From assembly GCA_048013815.1 (NCBI GenBank), contig CM106586.1:3100001-3164000 (forward strand): 64,000 bases of DNA, written 5' to 3'. Numbering within the stretch: the first letter of the stretch is position 1; each line of letters opens with the position of its first letter. The translations under genes were made by a program, and so were the position numbers. The notes under the pieces were generated by a model. That model was not told the origin of the DNA. It ran no database searches and saw only the letters and a list, made by a program, of their open reading frames with translations. Shown piece by piece: positions 50,922 to 64,000 of this stretch. Source of the stretch: Setoptus koraiensis (Eukaryota > Animalia > Arthropoda).

Positions 50922-51786
50922 GCTGTTGCGCTTTAGTGAAATGCGAGACTCACTTCATTTCTAATAAATCAATCTAATCTTTCTCACAACTCTAGCTGTG
51001 TGTGCAACAACAACTCACTCTTATCTGTCCAGACGCACACTTTAATTGCCTGGGCACAAGTGGGGCCGACACGATTATCGTCATCGTCATCATGTGAGCA
51101 TTAGATGAAAATATTAGACGGTGAGCAGCTAACAAATGAGTCTCATTATAGTTGCGTCAGATCAGCACACACACACACACACAGCTAACTGTGCCCGCTG
51201 TTAATATTGTCCACTTGCATCCCATTATAATGGTGGGAAGAACGTCCGGCCAATGGAAACAAAACCAGTCGGCGGCAGCCTGCTCTTGCAATGCGCAAGC
51301 GATCCCCATTAACACGGCACAATATTAATTAGATGATTATTTTCGTTGTCGTCGTTGTCATTGTTGTGCTCGTAGGCGCACTTAACAAGCGGCTCAACAT
51401 GCAACAAGTAGCAATCGTGTTTACCGCTAGAGAGCTCGTCATTATTATCAATGTTTGTTGTTTCGTTTCGCAACCGATCGAGGCTCACACTGAGCATCGT
51501 TGCGTTCGGCCACTATCTTTCTTTGCAATGTGCTGCTGCGGAGAAATATTTTGGTGTGCCCATCAGTTCGCTGTCATCACTCGGCAGCAGGGTATTTCCG
51601 GCGCTGAGGCTCACTTAATAGGAGAACAAAACTGGGCAAATTTAGACCCCGTGAGCAAAGTTGCGCCATTCACGGAGCCCACAGTGATGCTACAGTGATG
51701 AATGTGAGATTAGATCAATTCATTGCAAATTAAGCGTGTCCCACCTATCAAGCGATCTAACCAACTATGTACGAAACCGTGAAAGT

Positions 51787-52302
51787 CGTTAACTTGATAA
51801 ATAATAGCGAAACGTTGTTAGGGTGAGAAGAGGGCAACAATTTAAAGTGAGCGAGAGAATCGAATTGCGGTTGTCGACACCACCCGGCGCCAACAGCGAG
51901 CTCACACAAGCCGAGCCGAGATGTTGATATCTGATCAGCGATCACTTTCGCATGTCGTTGCTGCTGGGGTCAATCTAAATTGACTTCCACTTGTCTATCA
52001 TCGTGGGCACATTATTATTTTTATATTATAATGCAACACAGCACAGCATGGCCGAACGGACGCTAACAAAGGCAACACACACACACACACTTACACCAAC
52101 AACTACTGACACCAACACCATTACGGCGATCAATGGATACAACTTAATTCAATATATGTACATATTAATTACTGTCAAACACTATATTAAAATGGCGAAC
52201 GAGCGAGAGAGCGAGAGGTCATCCAATCGAATGAGAGGAAGAATTGAGCAGGAAGTGATAATTAATCCTTCTTTTTCTCCTTTCTCAAATTAACCTTCAA
52301 TA
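51787..52302 (-). repeat. Right arm of long inverted repeat
   Basis: Aligned by eye to 50398-50921. The core differs only by 2 substitutions, a 2-nt indel and differences in the (CT)n tract. Confidence 0.97.
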
Positions 52303-53552
52303 CATCGAAGAGTAGTAAGGCCGGTTGTTGTTATTATTGTAAACGGTCAAGTTTTGCCTCTTAATTCATTCATGCTATATTGCCCAATACCAAGATCGGA
52401 TAATTAACGGCTATTTCTCGTATAATTAGGTATGCCAACACATAGGAAACCAAACATAGTGGATGTCAATTGAAAGGAAGCCAATGAATAAGTGGTTTAT
52501 CGTTGAAGTTAGCCCACTCGAAAAAATCAAGATCCCATTTTGGAATTAATTAAATAACTCATTTATTTATATTATCCGGTATTTATATCATATATTTATA
52601 TATATACCGGTCCATGAACTGTCTTGTATATCCATATTGAATGGTGAGATGTATCGTTACAGCTACATAAGGGTGTGATATGGCCAGTGACCAATTGTAC
52701 TGCTACTTCGCCATTTGCTTAGATGATCTTCCAGGGGAATTGTTATGGTGAGTACAGCAGAGACTAATTCATCCAAAGATGATTGTTGATAACAAAATTT
52801 CTCTAACAGAGGCCGCTTACTTCAGCTAGAGAAAACAAAAATTTCCCTGAAAAAAATGTGATTCGAAGGCTCACTGGCAATTGAAGGCAACAAGATTTCA
52901 TTATAAGCAAACGAACAAAAAAGAACAATGAGAGTAACAGCAAGAGAAAAGTCTTTATCATTACATCATCTTTTATTTATTAGTACAAGCAAGTCACACA
53001 TAATACTGCGAACTACGTTGACTGATTTGCCCCAATTTTTTTCTTAATCTTTATCGCTCTATCAGTATTAATTGTAGCAGAAGCTGCAATGCGAAAGTAG
53101 TTGGCTTCCTGAAAAGGGGATTATATTATTCTCCTTGTTTATAACTTGGCCTGAAGTAGCTTATGGATTAACTGGATTATGCTATCATGATCAATTACTG
53201 TTTTCTAAAGTTGTTTTTGAAAATCATTAGCATTTAAAAAAACGAACAGCTTGAGTGAATGCTGTCATAGCAAAACCTTGATCTGATTGACCACAACTTG
53301 ATAAATTGGTAGCGTCCATTTTCTGACTGAACTATTTGAAAGACCTTGCGGAAATGCATCTTGATTCAGTTGACAAATGTCACCGCTTCTCCGTTGATGT
53401 GACATTTGTCGACGAAATCAATCCAATATCCTGAGATAAACTGACCAGCGGCGAAAGGGAACCAAGAACTATCAATTAAACGGATATGAAGCGAGAAGAA
53501 GGTTCGCTCTCAGATTTAAGATTCTCTCGCAATTGATATTAATCTACACTAG

Positions 53553-53833
53553 GTATCAGGTTCTTGTTTGGTAAGATGCGATTTGCTCAATTACGCAACA
53601 CTTCGGTGTCGCGTTATATTGGTTACAAGAGGCCTCATTTGAAAAGAAAAGTCCAACCAGGTGAAAGAGAGTTAACCTATTGGTCAAAAATAGTTCAAGT
53701 TTATGCCACCGCGCGACGATTGTGGCGCCTCGATGGCTGTATTGAAATGAGCGCTTGGCGTCTGGCTAAAAAACAAAATTGGAATTTGAAATTGGCGCTA
53801 GAACAATTGCGCAAAGTTAAACTGCCTATGTAA
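53553..53833 (+). CDS. Possible terminal exon or small ORF of an unidentified protein
   Basis: Acceptor-like ACTAG at 53548-53552, open frame to TAA at 53831-53833, ATG at 53576. The helical C-terminus IEMSAWRLAKKQNWNLKLALEQL is ELM2- or UBA-like. Confidence 0.35.
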
Positions 53834-54514
53834 CTCGTGCGTCTCGTTTGTCGCATGCGCCTTTCGCCTTTTACAACCTCGTGCTCGCTCGTGCAATCGT
53901 GTAGCAGATTTCCGCATACTGCAGTTGACGCGCCTTTCCTCCACTGGAACTGCGCCGAGGAACATGTGTGCCGAAAAGCGCACCATCTGATATAACGCTT
54001 ATCGTTGCGTTGCGTGAATATTTGTCTATCGACAGGCAATTCGATAGTCGGTGCAGCAAGATCAGTGCTGCCGACTCGCATGAATACTATCGAATGAGTT
54101 CACACGATAGCAACGATATTCGTTTGTTGAGCAACAAATTCCACATTGGACGAACTATTCCACATGTGAGAGTACATGCGCGATATCCTTTATTTATCGG
54201 ATCGTGTTCAAATAAAATTGACTACACACATTCGACACACGGTAAAACGTTTTCTCATCTTTTGTCTCGATCAAACAGTTAATAATCATTTGGCCGTTAC
54301 ACAGCTCAACTGCTCAAACTGTCCCGAATATTAATTATCACAATCGTCTGGCACCATTGCTAACATTGCCGCCACTACTATTATTGTCACTATAATCATT
54401 ATCACAACCAGCATCAATTATAAGAACACACCTAACACTAGCAGCCCTGTGGCTTGAGAATTCTTTCCGGAATAAACCAGCGCCACAGACAAACCCTTGC
54501 AAGCAACCAGCAAC

Positions 54515-57500
54515 ATGCCTGTGGGCAGCGAGCCTAGCGACCCCAGGCTCACGTCAGCCTCGGTTCTGGCCTCAGCCTCGACCTCGGCGGGATCTTCGCG
54601 CTCCTCGACATCGGCAGAGCAAAAAAATCAAACCGGCAGCGCCAATCTTTCCGTTGTAGTAAGTATACACCGAATGCCCATCGCTCACACGATTGTCCCA
54701 CACTCTTGCCCACAATAACACTAACATGCCCATCATCTTTTGCGCTCAATCAACAGGTTCCCGGTGACAACTATATCCACCGCCAGCTGCCCTTATTGTC
54801 GGACAAAGGTCGCCATGAGCTCCTCAAGATGCTCTCAAAACCAGATGAGCGTGTTAAATACGCTCTATACGTTGCCAAAACATTTCCCTCGCTACTTGTC
54901 GATCTTTTGTACCGAATCGCTGTCGATTCAACGAAGCTTGCTCAGAAAGAGGAAAACAATCCACAAAGAAACAATCCCAGCGATTCGTCAAGTGAAAATC
55001 CCAACTCCAATGTTGTTCAGAATGGCGATCAATCTAACCAAAACCGCGAGCTTTCTGTCGATGCAATCAGGAACCAATTCAAGCCATTCTTTTTGTTTTG
55101 CGAACTCATTGGCAAATGTCCTCAAATAACTAACTTCATTTATAATTATTTCGAAAAAAGTTCCTTTCAACCGTTACCTACAGACCTTTACGTTGTCTCG
55201 CTCACCACAAACCCCAAACGCATAGAACTTGTATACAAGCAACCAGGATTCGATGACAATCGCATGATTGACATACTTACATGCTATCTCACCTACTTAA
55301 CCTATGATCCAGAATTCTTCAGCACCATTTGGAACTGGTCAGAACTAGGCAAATTTCTTCTTACTCATATTAATGATGAAATTAGATACCTGTCCGCCTG
55401 TTGTTTAGCCATTATCACTAAGCCAACGAGAGAACAATATCAGAGATTCTTGAGGAAACACTCTCTGCCTACAAGTCTTCAGCATAAATTCAGCAACCTC
55501 TTTGATGATAAGTTCATTCCATTAGTCGAAACAGATCTTCAAGCAGCAAAAACACTCGCGAAGCACTACGACAGTACCACTCCGTACAATTACTGTGACA
55601 AAGAATTTGCAAACATTGCCGATGTTCTTATAATTAAGAAAAAATCACGAGATACTTTAGAAAGTAACAAAATTGAAGACTACATCAAAGTGTCTTCTTT
55701 GCTCACTCATCTGTCAACTGTTGCCTACTCGATATCTATTGGTAAACCTTGTCTCATCAGAGGGCCTGTCGGATCGGGAAAAACCGCTTTGCTTGACTAT
55801 ATTGCCTCTGAGACAAATAGACCGGAACCGCCAAGCTTCATCAGAGTTCAAGTTGGCGATCAGATTGATAGCAAACTTCTTATCGGTTCCTATGTGTGCA
55901 CCGAGCTACCTGGTCAATTTGAATGGAAGCCTGGCCCGTTAGCTTTAGCGATATCCCAAGGATTGTGGATTGTTTTTGAAGATATAGACTTTGCTTCATC
56001 TGACATGATCAACGTGATACATTCTGTGATCGAAAACAGATCTCTAGAGTCAGTTTCTAACTGCCCCATGAAATTGAATCTAGTTCATCCAGATTTCAGG
56101 ATATTTTTCACTCAAAGAGTCACTGCTTATGGGCGCATCTCTTCGGACATGATGAAGGCTGGCCTTGGGTTCATTGAGCGAATATGTAATGTGGTAGATT
56201 TACCTTCTCTGGGTGATGGTGATCTCATTGAAATCATAAACTCTAGATTTGGTCTAAATCAAATATCTGAAAAACTAGTCAAGATATATAATCTCACATC
56301 CACTTCTTTATCAGAAGCAGCTGTTGGATCGACCAGGAAAATATCTTTACGTGATTTGTTCAAACTATGCAAAAGATTACATATCAACAACTTCGCGAAG
56401 GAAGATCTTATATTATCTCAAAAGGAGTTGGAAGGTATATTCCTTGACACCATAGAGTGTTTGCTGAGGTTTCTATCACAGGAACCGCTGATTGATATTG
56501 CTTACAAGATAGCGGCTGAACTCAACCTTTCTCAACCCGAAGTTGTTAGATTATGTATTGAACGAAGCCCTGAGATCGGTGTTGGTAGTGACAAAGTCAA
56601 CATTGGTAGACTAGCATTGAAAATCAATCCAAAACAACCTAACACGCCATTTCCCATTGCCTACACCCGCCACTCCCTCTGTCTTATGGAACGTATTGCT
56701 TCGAGTGTCAAGTTCGGAGAAGCTGTTCTTCTTGTTGGTGAAACTGGAGTTGGTAAAACAACTATCGTTCAACACATGGCTCAATTGCTCAATACAAAGC
56801 TCGTTGTTATAAATCTAAGCCAGCAATCAGACTCATCAGATCTGATGGGAGGTTTCAAACCAGTCGAATTGAGTCACATCATCCAACCCATAAAAGATGA
56901 GCTAGAATCACTTTTCCATGCGACTTTCAACGCATCAGAGAATAGCAAATTTCTGGGTCATATTTCCACTTGCTCCAATAACCAGAAATGGATGCCCTTG
57001 CTACGCCTGATTCAGCAACTCTACTTTAAGGCAGTAAAGCGACAAATATCCTCTCCACTATTGAAACGCTGGTCTGATCTACAATCGAAATCCGACCAAC
57101 TGTTGAAAAGACTAAAACTCGACTCCAAGCGTTCACCCCTAGCATTATCTTTTGTGGAGGGTTCTTTGATGAGAGCCGTAAGAGAAGGCCACTGGATACT
57201 GTTAGATGAAGTCAACCTGGCTGAGGCTGAGGTTCTCCAATGCTTGGTTGCTATCTTGGATTCCATAGAAAAGCCCTACATTCACATGTGTGATCCGTGC
57301 AATGGCCCGATACGCATTAGAAAACATCCAGAATTCAGAGTGTTTGCTTGCATGAATCCATCAACAGACGTAGGAAAGCGAGATCTAACCACTGGGATAC
57401 GTAATAGGTTCACTGAGATATTTTTTGACGATATCACAAATAGAAGTGATCTCCGTTTGATTGTTAACTCCTACTTGAAAGACTCCGGAATATCATCCGC

Positions 57501-60500
57501 TCAAATGAATCAATTAGTAGAATTCTATCTTCAGGTTAGAGAAAAGAGCAGCGATCTAAGTGACACATCTGGAAACTCTCCAAATTATAGTTTGAGAAGT
57601 CTTTGCAGAGCTTTACATGTTTGCAGCGTTAACTTTTGTGGTAGCATCGAAAAGTCATTGTTTGAGGCATTACGCATAACTTTTCTCCAGCAATTGAACG
57701 AATTCTCGAAGAAGATGGTCACGACTATGATATCAGCGACTGTCTTTGCTTCTCGATCTAACGCAAGCAGTCTAATCAATTCACCCATACCTCGTCCTAA
57801 GGATAACCACACTTACATCAATGTCGAAGGATACTGGGTACAACAAGGAAGTCGCTCAATTGATACTGATCCGGGCTACATCATGACAAAATCAGTAAAG
57901 AAAAACCTCGAAAGTCTAGCTAGAATTATATCACTCGGTCAGCGTCGCCTTCCGATTTTGATCCAAGGTCAAACATCCGTTGGTAAAACTAGTTTGATAA
58001 CTTATCTGGCTAAACTCACAGGGAATCAATGTCATAGGTTAAATAACCATGAGCATACAGATCTTCAAGAATATTTAGGAGGATTTGTTATGAATGAGCA
58101 GGGATCAGTTGAGTTTCGAGATGGACTGCTGACATATGCCATGAAAAGGGGACATTGGATCATCTTAGATGAGCTGAACCTGGCACCATGCGAGCTTCTC
58201 GAAGCATTGAATCGAGTACTTGATGATAATCGAGAACTATTCATACCAGAGAACCGCAAGACAATTAAGGCGCACTCTAAATTCATGCTGTTCGCTACTC
58301 AAAATCCACCTCAAGACTATGCCGGGAGGAAAATGTTGTCACGTGCCTTTCGAAATCGATTTATAGAACTTCATTTTGATGAAATACCTCCAGATGAGCT
58401 TGAAACCATACTAGCTGAAAGGTGCGAGATGCCCCCTTCATACGCAAAGAAGATATTAGCTGTGATGAAGGAACTTCAAGTTCTCCGAAGAGAGAGCCAA
58501 TTCTTTGCAGGAAAACATGGTTTCATGACACTCCGAGATCTATTTAGGTGGGGCGAACGCTATAGAACATTCAAGCAGAGTATCGACTCTTCTCTCGACT
58601 GGCAGAAGAAACTTGCCGAGCAAGGTTTGACTTTACTGGAGGGTAGAGTGCGTACTTCTGGTGAGGCTGAGATAGTTTTAAAGACCATCGAAAAGGTCTT
58701 CGAAAGAAAATTATATCGTGATCAGCTATACCAGGTGCAAATTGATACCAAGCATCTCTCATTCAGATTCGCTCACCTCCATATGACTCGTGAGTTCAAA
58801 AGATTATACTCTCAGCTCAGTGACGCCTTAGTCCATCACGAACCAGTATTGCTATGCGGCCCGACAGGTTGCGGTAAAACTACAGCTTGTCAATTGTATG
58901 CCGATCAACAAAATACTGCCTTATACATTGTTAATTGCCATCTCAATTCAGAAGGATCTGATTTTGTTGGAAATATGCGTCCGAATAGGGATGATGAATC
59001 TGCAACAAGTGAAAGTAAGTCGCCCTTTCAATGGGTCGATGGTCCTCTAGTGAAGGCAATGAAAGAAGGTGCTTATTTCCTCATAGATGAGATATCTCTT
59101 GCCGACGATGCTGTACTTGAAAGGATCAACTCTGTACTTGAGAACGATAGGACGATAACTCTATCCGAAAAAGGATCGACAGAAAATGTTGTCGTCAAAG
59201 CTTTACCTGGTTTCAGGATCATAGCCACAATGAATCCTGGTGGCGACTATGGAAAGAAAGAGCTCTCTCCAGCTCTCCGCAATCGTTTCACGGAGATATA
59301 CTGCCACAACACAACAGATATATCTGAAATAGGCGAGGTAATCTCTCATGGACTCACTTCCCAAATAACTCAAAACAAGCTGTGCAATTCCATCATATAT
59401 GTAATGAAGGAATTCTTGAAAAATTTTTATCGAGAATTCGTAAAGAACACTACTCACATGACGTACTCGATGCGCGACATCCAAAGTTGGATAAAATTTT
59501 TGAATATAACATGCTCCGAAAATCATCCGAAGCAGTTATCCGTTCAGAAAGCTCTCTATCATGGTGCAACTCTAGTATTCATAGACTCTATTGGTACCTG
59601 CGGTTCGAATTGCCACGGAGACAATTCTAACGCAAGTAATAATTTAGAACATAGAGTAAAACAACTTTTGAAGAAGTGTATTAATAGTAGTTTGGGCACT
59701 GACCCAGTCTATATCAACGATTCTAGCGGAACTCAATCAAGGAACGCTCAAACCCCTAAACAATACGTAAACTTCGGCCAATTTTGCATTCCATCGGGCC
59801 CAAATAAATCTCAAGACTTGTCAACTGATTTTCAGTTCGAGGTTCCTACTGTTAAATCGAATGTCATACGGATAGCTAGAGCAATGCAGTTAGACCGACC
59901 CATCTTGCTTGAAGGTGATCCCGGTGTGGGTAAGACTAGTATAATAAGCGCAATTGCCAAGGTAAGCGGGAATGAACTGATACGTATCAACTTGTCGGAA
60001 CAAACAGACATCAGTGATTTGTTCGGCTCAGACTTGCCGGCGGAATCCACTGACAGCAACATCCCCAGCTTCACTTGGCGTGATGGTCCCTTCTTACAAG
60101 CGCTCAAAGAATCTAAATGGATCATGCTTGATGAAATGAATTTGGCATCTCAATCTGTGCTGGAAGGCTTGAACGCATGTTTAGATCATAGAGGCACAAT
60201 CTATATACCAGAATTGAACAAAGAGTTCAAAGTAAATCGAAAATTTACGCGGATATTCGCTTGTCAAAATCCTCACAATCAAGGATCCTCACGTAAAGGC
60301 TTACCGCAATCTTTTGTCAACCGTTTTTCAAGTATTTACATAAAGGGACATACCAGCGAAGATCTTGTTGGAATAGTTAGCCAACTCTATCGTCAACTTC
60401 CATTAGATATTGTTGACAAAATGGTCAGATTTAACACAAAAATGTCGGAACTCAGTTACGGATCATCAAATCTGGGATCATCTTGGGAATTTAATCTTCG

Positions 60501-63500
60501 AGACTTGATTTATTGGTGTGATCTCACCACCAAGTACGTGTTTCAAACTGCAGTTTCTACTCCGGACAATGTACCAATTTTTAGACCCTCAAAATTCGCT
60601 CAACTAGTTTATCTCGATCGAATGAGATACGCTTCAGATAGATTAACAGTTAATAATCTCTACAAGGAAGTCTTTGGTCACACTATACCACCTACACCGC
60701 CCATAGATATCAAAGTCGGAGATACTTCTTTAATTTTCGGTCGCGCATTTTTGAGGCGAGTCACCAAGCTCCCTCCACAGCTCTCAGAGTTAGCAATCCT
60801 CAAATTCCAAATGCCATACATTGAATCTATTGCTAAAGCAATCGAAATGGGAAAAATGCCTATCATCGTTGGGGAACGCGGTATCGGAAAGCGTTCCATG
60901 GCGAAAATTGTCGCGGGGCTAGCCGGCTATGAACTAAATATAATCAGTGCAAACTCCGAAATGGACGTTGTTGAATTACTCGGATCTTTTGAACAGAGAA
61001 ACATACAGCGAAAAGTCTCCTGTATTGTAGACGAAATACGTCAACTAGTCTACGATTACATCAACTCATACTCTGACAACAGCTCTGCCAGACTATTCAC
61101 CCAGATATTCAGTCATTGTTGGTCATTAAATTATTCAACAAGTATCAAGGAGCCCCAGTTAAGCAAAAGTGATCTTGAACAAGCTTCAGCAATCAAATTA
61201 GATATTCTGAAGGAACTTATGAGCATTATTTCAGCCGAACAGATGCCGGAAGTGGTTAGATCGAATCTAGACCGATTGAAATCATTGGTAGAGAAGCTTG
61301 TTCAAGTTTCCTCTAAAACCTGCCAATCGATTTCTTGCATTGGTGATTTTGAATGGATCGATTCTATACTAGTTAAATCTATCAAAAAAGGATCATGGTT
61401 AATGATTGAAAATGCTAATATTCTTGATTCATCTACTTTAGATAGATTGAACTCGCTCATGGAGATTAACGGCTCGCTCATCCTGAACGAAAAAGGTGCG
61501 AACTCGGATGGTCAAATCGAGTGCATTCAACCGCATCCCAACTTTCGACTTATTCTCACCATGGATCCAGCTCATGGCGAACTATCTAGAGCCATGCGTA
61601 ACCGTGCGGTTGAAATCTATGTTGAGCCAGTATACTATTTCGAAGACTTTTATCGTCTTCTTAGCAAAAATGGAATTTCACCCGTTCTGAATAGGACTTG
61701 TTTACCTACAGCTATCCGAGAAACTTGTGTGAAAATTGATCAGACTCTACTTGGTGGAGATTCTGACTGTCAGCACTTGACTAAATTCATATTACAATTT
61801 GGCGACTCTTTAGCTCAACACATATGTCAGCGGATTCCGGTTGATATCGCTCTTGGCATACTACTTCACAGATACTATTCACGTCATGGGCTTTTGCCTG
61901 ATAACTGCGAAAATCATGACATCCTCAACCAAGTTGAAGAAGCTATGGCAAAAGCTACGAAGGAAGTCTGTGTCAAAGTTGATGATCTATATAAATATAA
62001 AAACAAATGGATCGATTTCAACTACGACCTTGCTAAATATATAGGCAGTGATGCAGTACCTACTAATATCTTCAGAGATGCCAGACTGCTTGACTACTCT
62101 TATATTCATTTAGTCACCAGTGATATTATTGAGGAAGACGAGCATTTGAATTATGGCGATTTGGTCGGTCTATCAGCCGCAATAAAAATATTCATGGAAC
62201 AATCCTCATTTGATGACTTGGATGCCCGGTTCGAATACTTGAGGAATATAGGCATTCCTGAAGTTGACACAGTAATCGCATCTCACAATCGTATCTATGA
62301 AAGTTTTGTGCCTTTGTTGAAAGCAACTGCTATCAACTGGAGTCTACCTTTCGCAGCCAGCGAAATGTACATTGATCCTCGTCTTTGCTCCGAGGTTCAC
62401 CAAATTTTAATGTCCAGTAACATGGCTGAAATGATGGAACTTGAAAAATCTCACAACTGCTGGCTCATATCAAATCATTGGTTGATGCTTAGTTTACTAT
62501 TAGAATTTATAGTTGTTGAATCAGCGAAGCAAACTCTTCACCAAAGTTTGCTGAACATTTCGGATATGTATAAAAAAGGTGAAGTTGATAAGCGCGACAT
62601 GTTACGTCCGGAAATTGTGCAAACAATCTCAGGTATCTATCATTTCCTGCGAAACACTATCATCAGAAATGTCATCAATAGATATTACGACAACCAAATG
62701 GCCCCGAAAATGATGCACAGACTCTTCTGGATAAGTTACTTGTTGTGCAAGTTCACGAAGCATCATTCTAAAGCGGAATTAGTAGCTATATGTAACCAGC
62801 TACCCATGTTGTGGGCATTATCCTACCAAAAAATCATTCTACCTATCATAAGAGACTGCCAGATCCATGAAACTTTTTCCGGTTTATACAGCATCTGTGA
62901 ACAGCTCGGTCTTGATGCCTCGATGATCGAACCTATCGATAAGAAATTATTACGGGTTGCCTTTAATAGATTTGCAGCATCTTATTCCGGACAAATCGAT
63001 GAGCTTCAACGCGAGACTTCCAGATTCTACAATCAGCTTTTGCTCGATTCCACCAATCGTTCGTTCTCGTGGTCAAGTTCGGAATACCTGGATTCCATCT
63101 ACGCACAAAATGCCAAGATAGCGGAATTGCAATTCCTACCTGCATTTCACCCCGAAGACACTAAAAACTTTTGTGATGTATTGAAGAGCTCGGAAAATGT
63201 TCTCAAGTCACTCAAAGACACATACAAATCTATTTTAGAGGACCAGAAGAAGGATGGTTCCTCAGTTTTATCCTTTTCCCATTATGAGCAGAGAAGATCA
63301 CTGTCCGAGACAAAATTTGCACCCTTGTGGCAAATTCATTATATCCATCGACATGGTTGCGTCGCGTTAATTGAAGAGGATTTTGAAGACTACTTGCACG
63401 TGTTAGATAATATTATATTAGCCGTTAAAGGTCTCTACGTCAGTCCTATATATCATGCCAATATACTTAAATTTGACATCTATATGAGTCGAGATGATAG

Positions 63501-64000
63501 CGAAGACATGCAAGTAGCAAATGAAATGAGTGTTGTCAGTGCCTTCATATTGAATCATCTTCAGGAACTTGTAGTGTTCGATGCTCAAGTGAGACATTGG
63601 TTGGAATCCGTTAAAAGTGCCGAATTTTTGATGTCCGCTCCGTTAGTGCCTGAGTATTCTCCCATTCTATCAATATTGTGCGCTAGAAACTTGAATCTCA
63701 AGTACTTGAAATTCTCATCGGACGTTCAGATCACGTCACATCTTCGATTATTGAACGAACATCTATTCGGAAAATATTGGTCAATCATTAGTGAGGATAG
63801 TGACATCATTGACCTGAAACTCGCCAACAGGTGGATAATCTCTTACGAACAACAGAAGTCCACAGAAAGCATATCATTCGATTCGGACTATCCAACAGAT
63901 CACATTTTCAAGTCGTTCATAAATTCTCAAATGGAAACTTCTATTCATTTCTTCAAACATTTGGATCTCTTAAACAAGAAAAACTCTGATGCTGCCAAAG
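54515..64000 (+). CDS. MDN1: Midasin AAA-ATPase (Rea1), 5' part; exon 1 54515-54658, exon 2 54757->64000
   Basis: Six in-frame P-loops: GPVGSGKT (~55762), GETGVGKT (~56737), GQTSVGKT (~57967), GPTGCGKT (~58858), GDPGVGKT (~59914) and GERGIGKR (~60871), with W..LDE.NLA Walker B motifs. The frame was spot-checked to 64000, and the ORF track lists no closed ORF in this frame. Confidence 0.96.

Noticed and set aside
51651-51672. GTGAGCAAAGTT matching the 5' half of miR-87
   Set aside because: The 3' half differs and I see no complementary arm.
50396-52304. Inverted repeat as a Tc1/mariner-type non-autonomous element (TA at both ends)
   Set aside because: The termini are the most diverged part while the interior is near-identical, there is no transposase, and the TA is itself palindromic. 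Not fully excluded without a genome-wide copy search.
54740-63145. Scattered short ORFs listed across 54.7-63.1 kb, including a CPYC (LITAF-like) one
   Set aside because: All are alternative-frame or antisense shadows of the uninterrupted midasin frame starting at 54757.

Overview
This is compact, intron-containing eukaryotic DNA with GT-AG introns, abundant CAA/CAG, CA and CT microsatellites and one 500-N assembly gap. Gene content and style suggest an arthropod, most likely a small-genome mite (inference only). Genes supported from sequence, in order: a secreted Gln-rich protein with four 56-aa repeats; a short ORF ending in a CENP-C/Mif2-like cupin; an unknown basic protein (weakly TPX2-like); intronless TMEM184; intronless PP2C; a 9-exon DOPA decarboxylase followed about 2.7 kb later by GTP cyclohydrolase I (cut by the gap); an NFAT5 homologue with a very large poly-Q/LDPQAALQLV array; a 3-exon mitochondrial glutamate dehydrogenase; a small secreted Gly/Ser/Tyr-rich protein; and midasin (MDN1), which runs off the right edge and is missing from the ORF track because it has no stop in the window. 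Two largely non-coding blocks (about 22-31.6 kb and 41-54 kb) hold splice-site-like signals and short minisatellites. The strongest unexplained structure is a long inverted repeat at 50.4-52.3 kb: arms of about 520 bp, a near-identical 400-bp core, decayed edges, and matching splice-like signals on both arms. I found no tRNA, rRNA, CRISPR array or transposase, and no full match to the conserved miRNAs I could check from memory.
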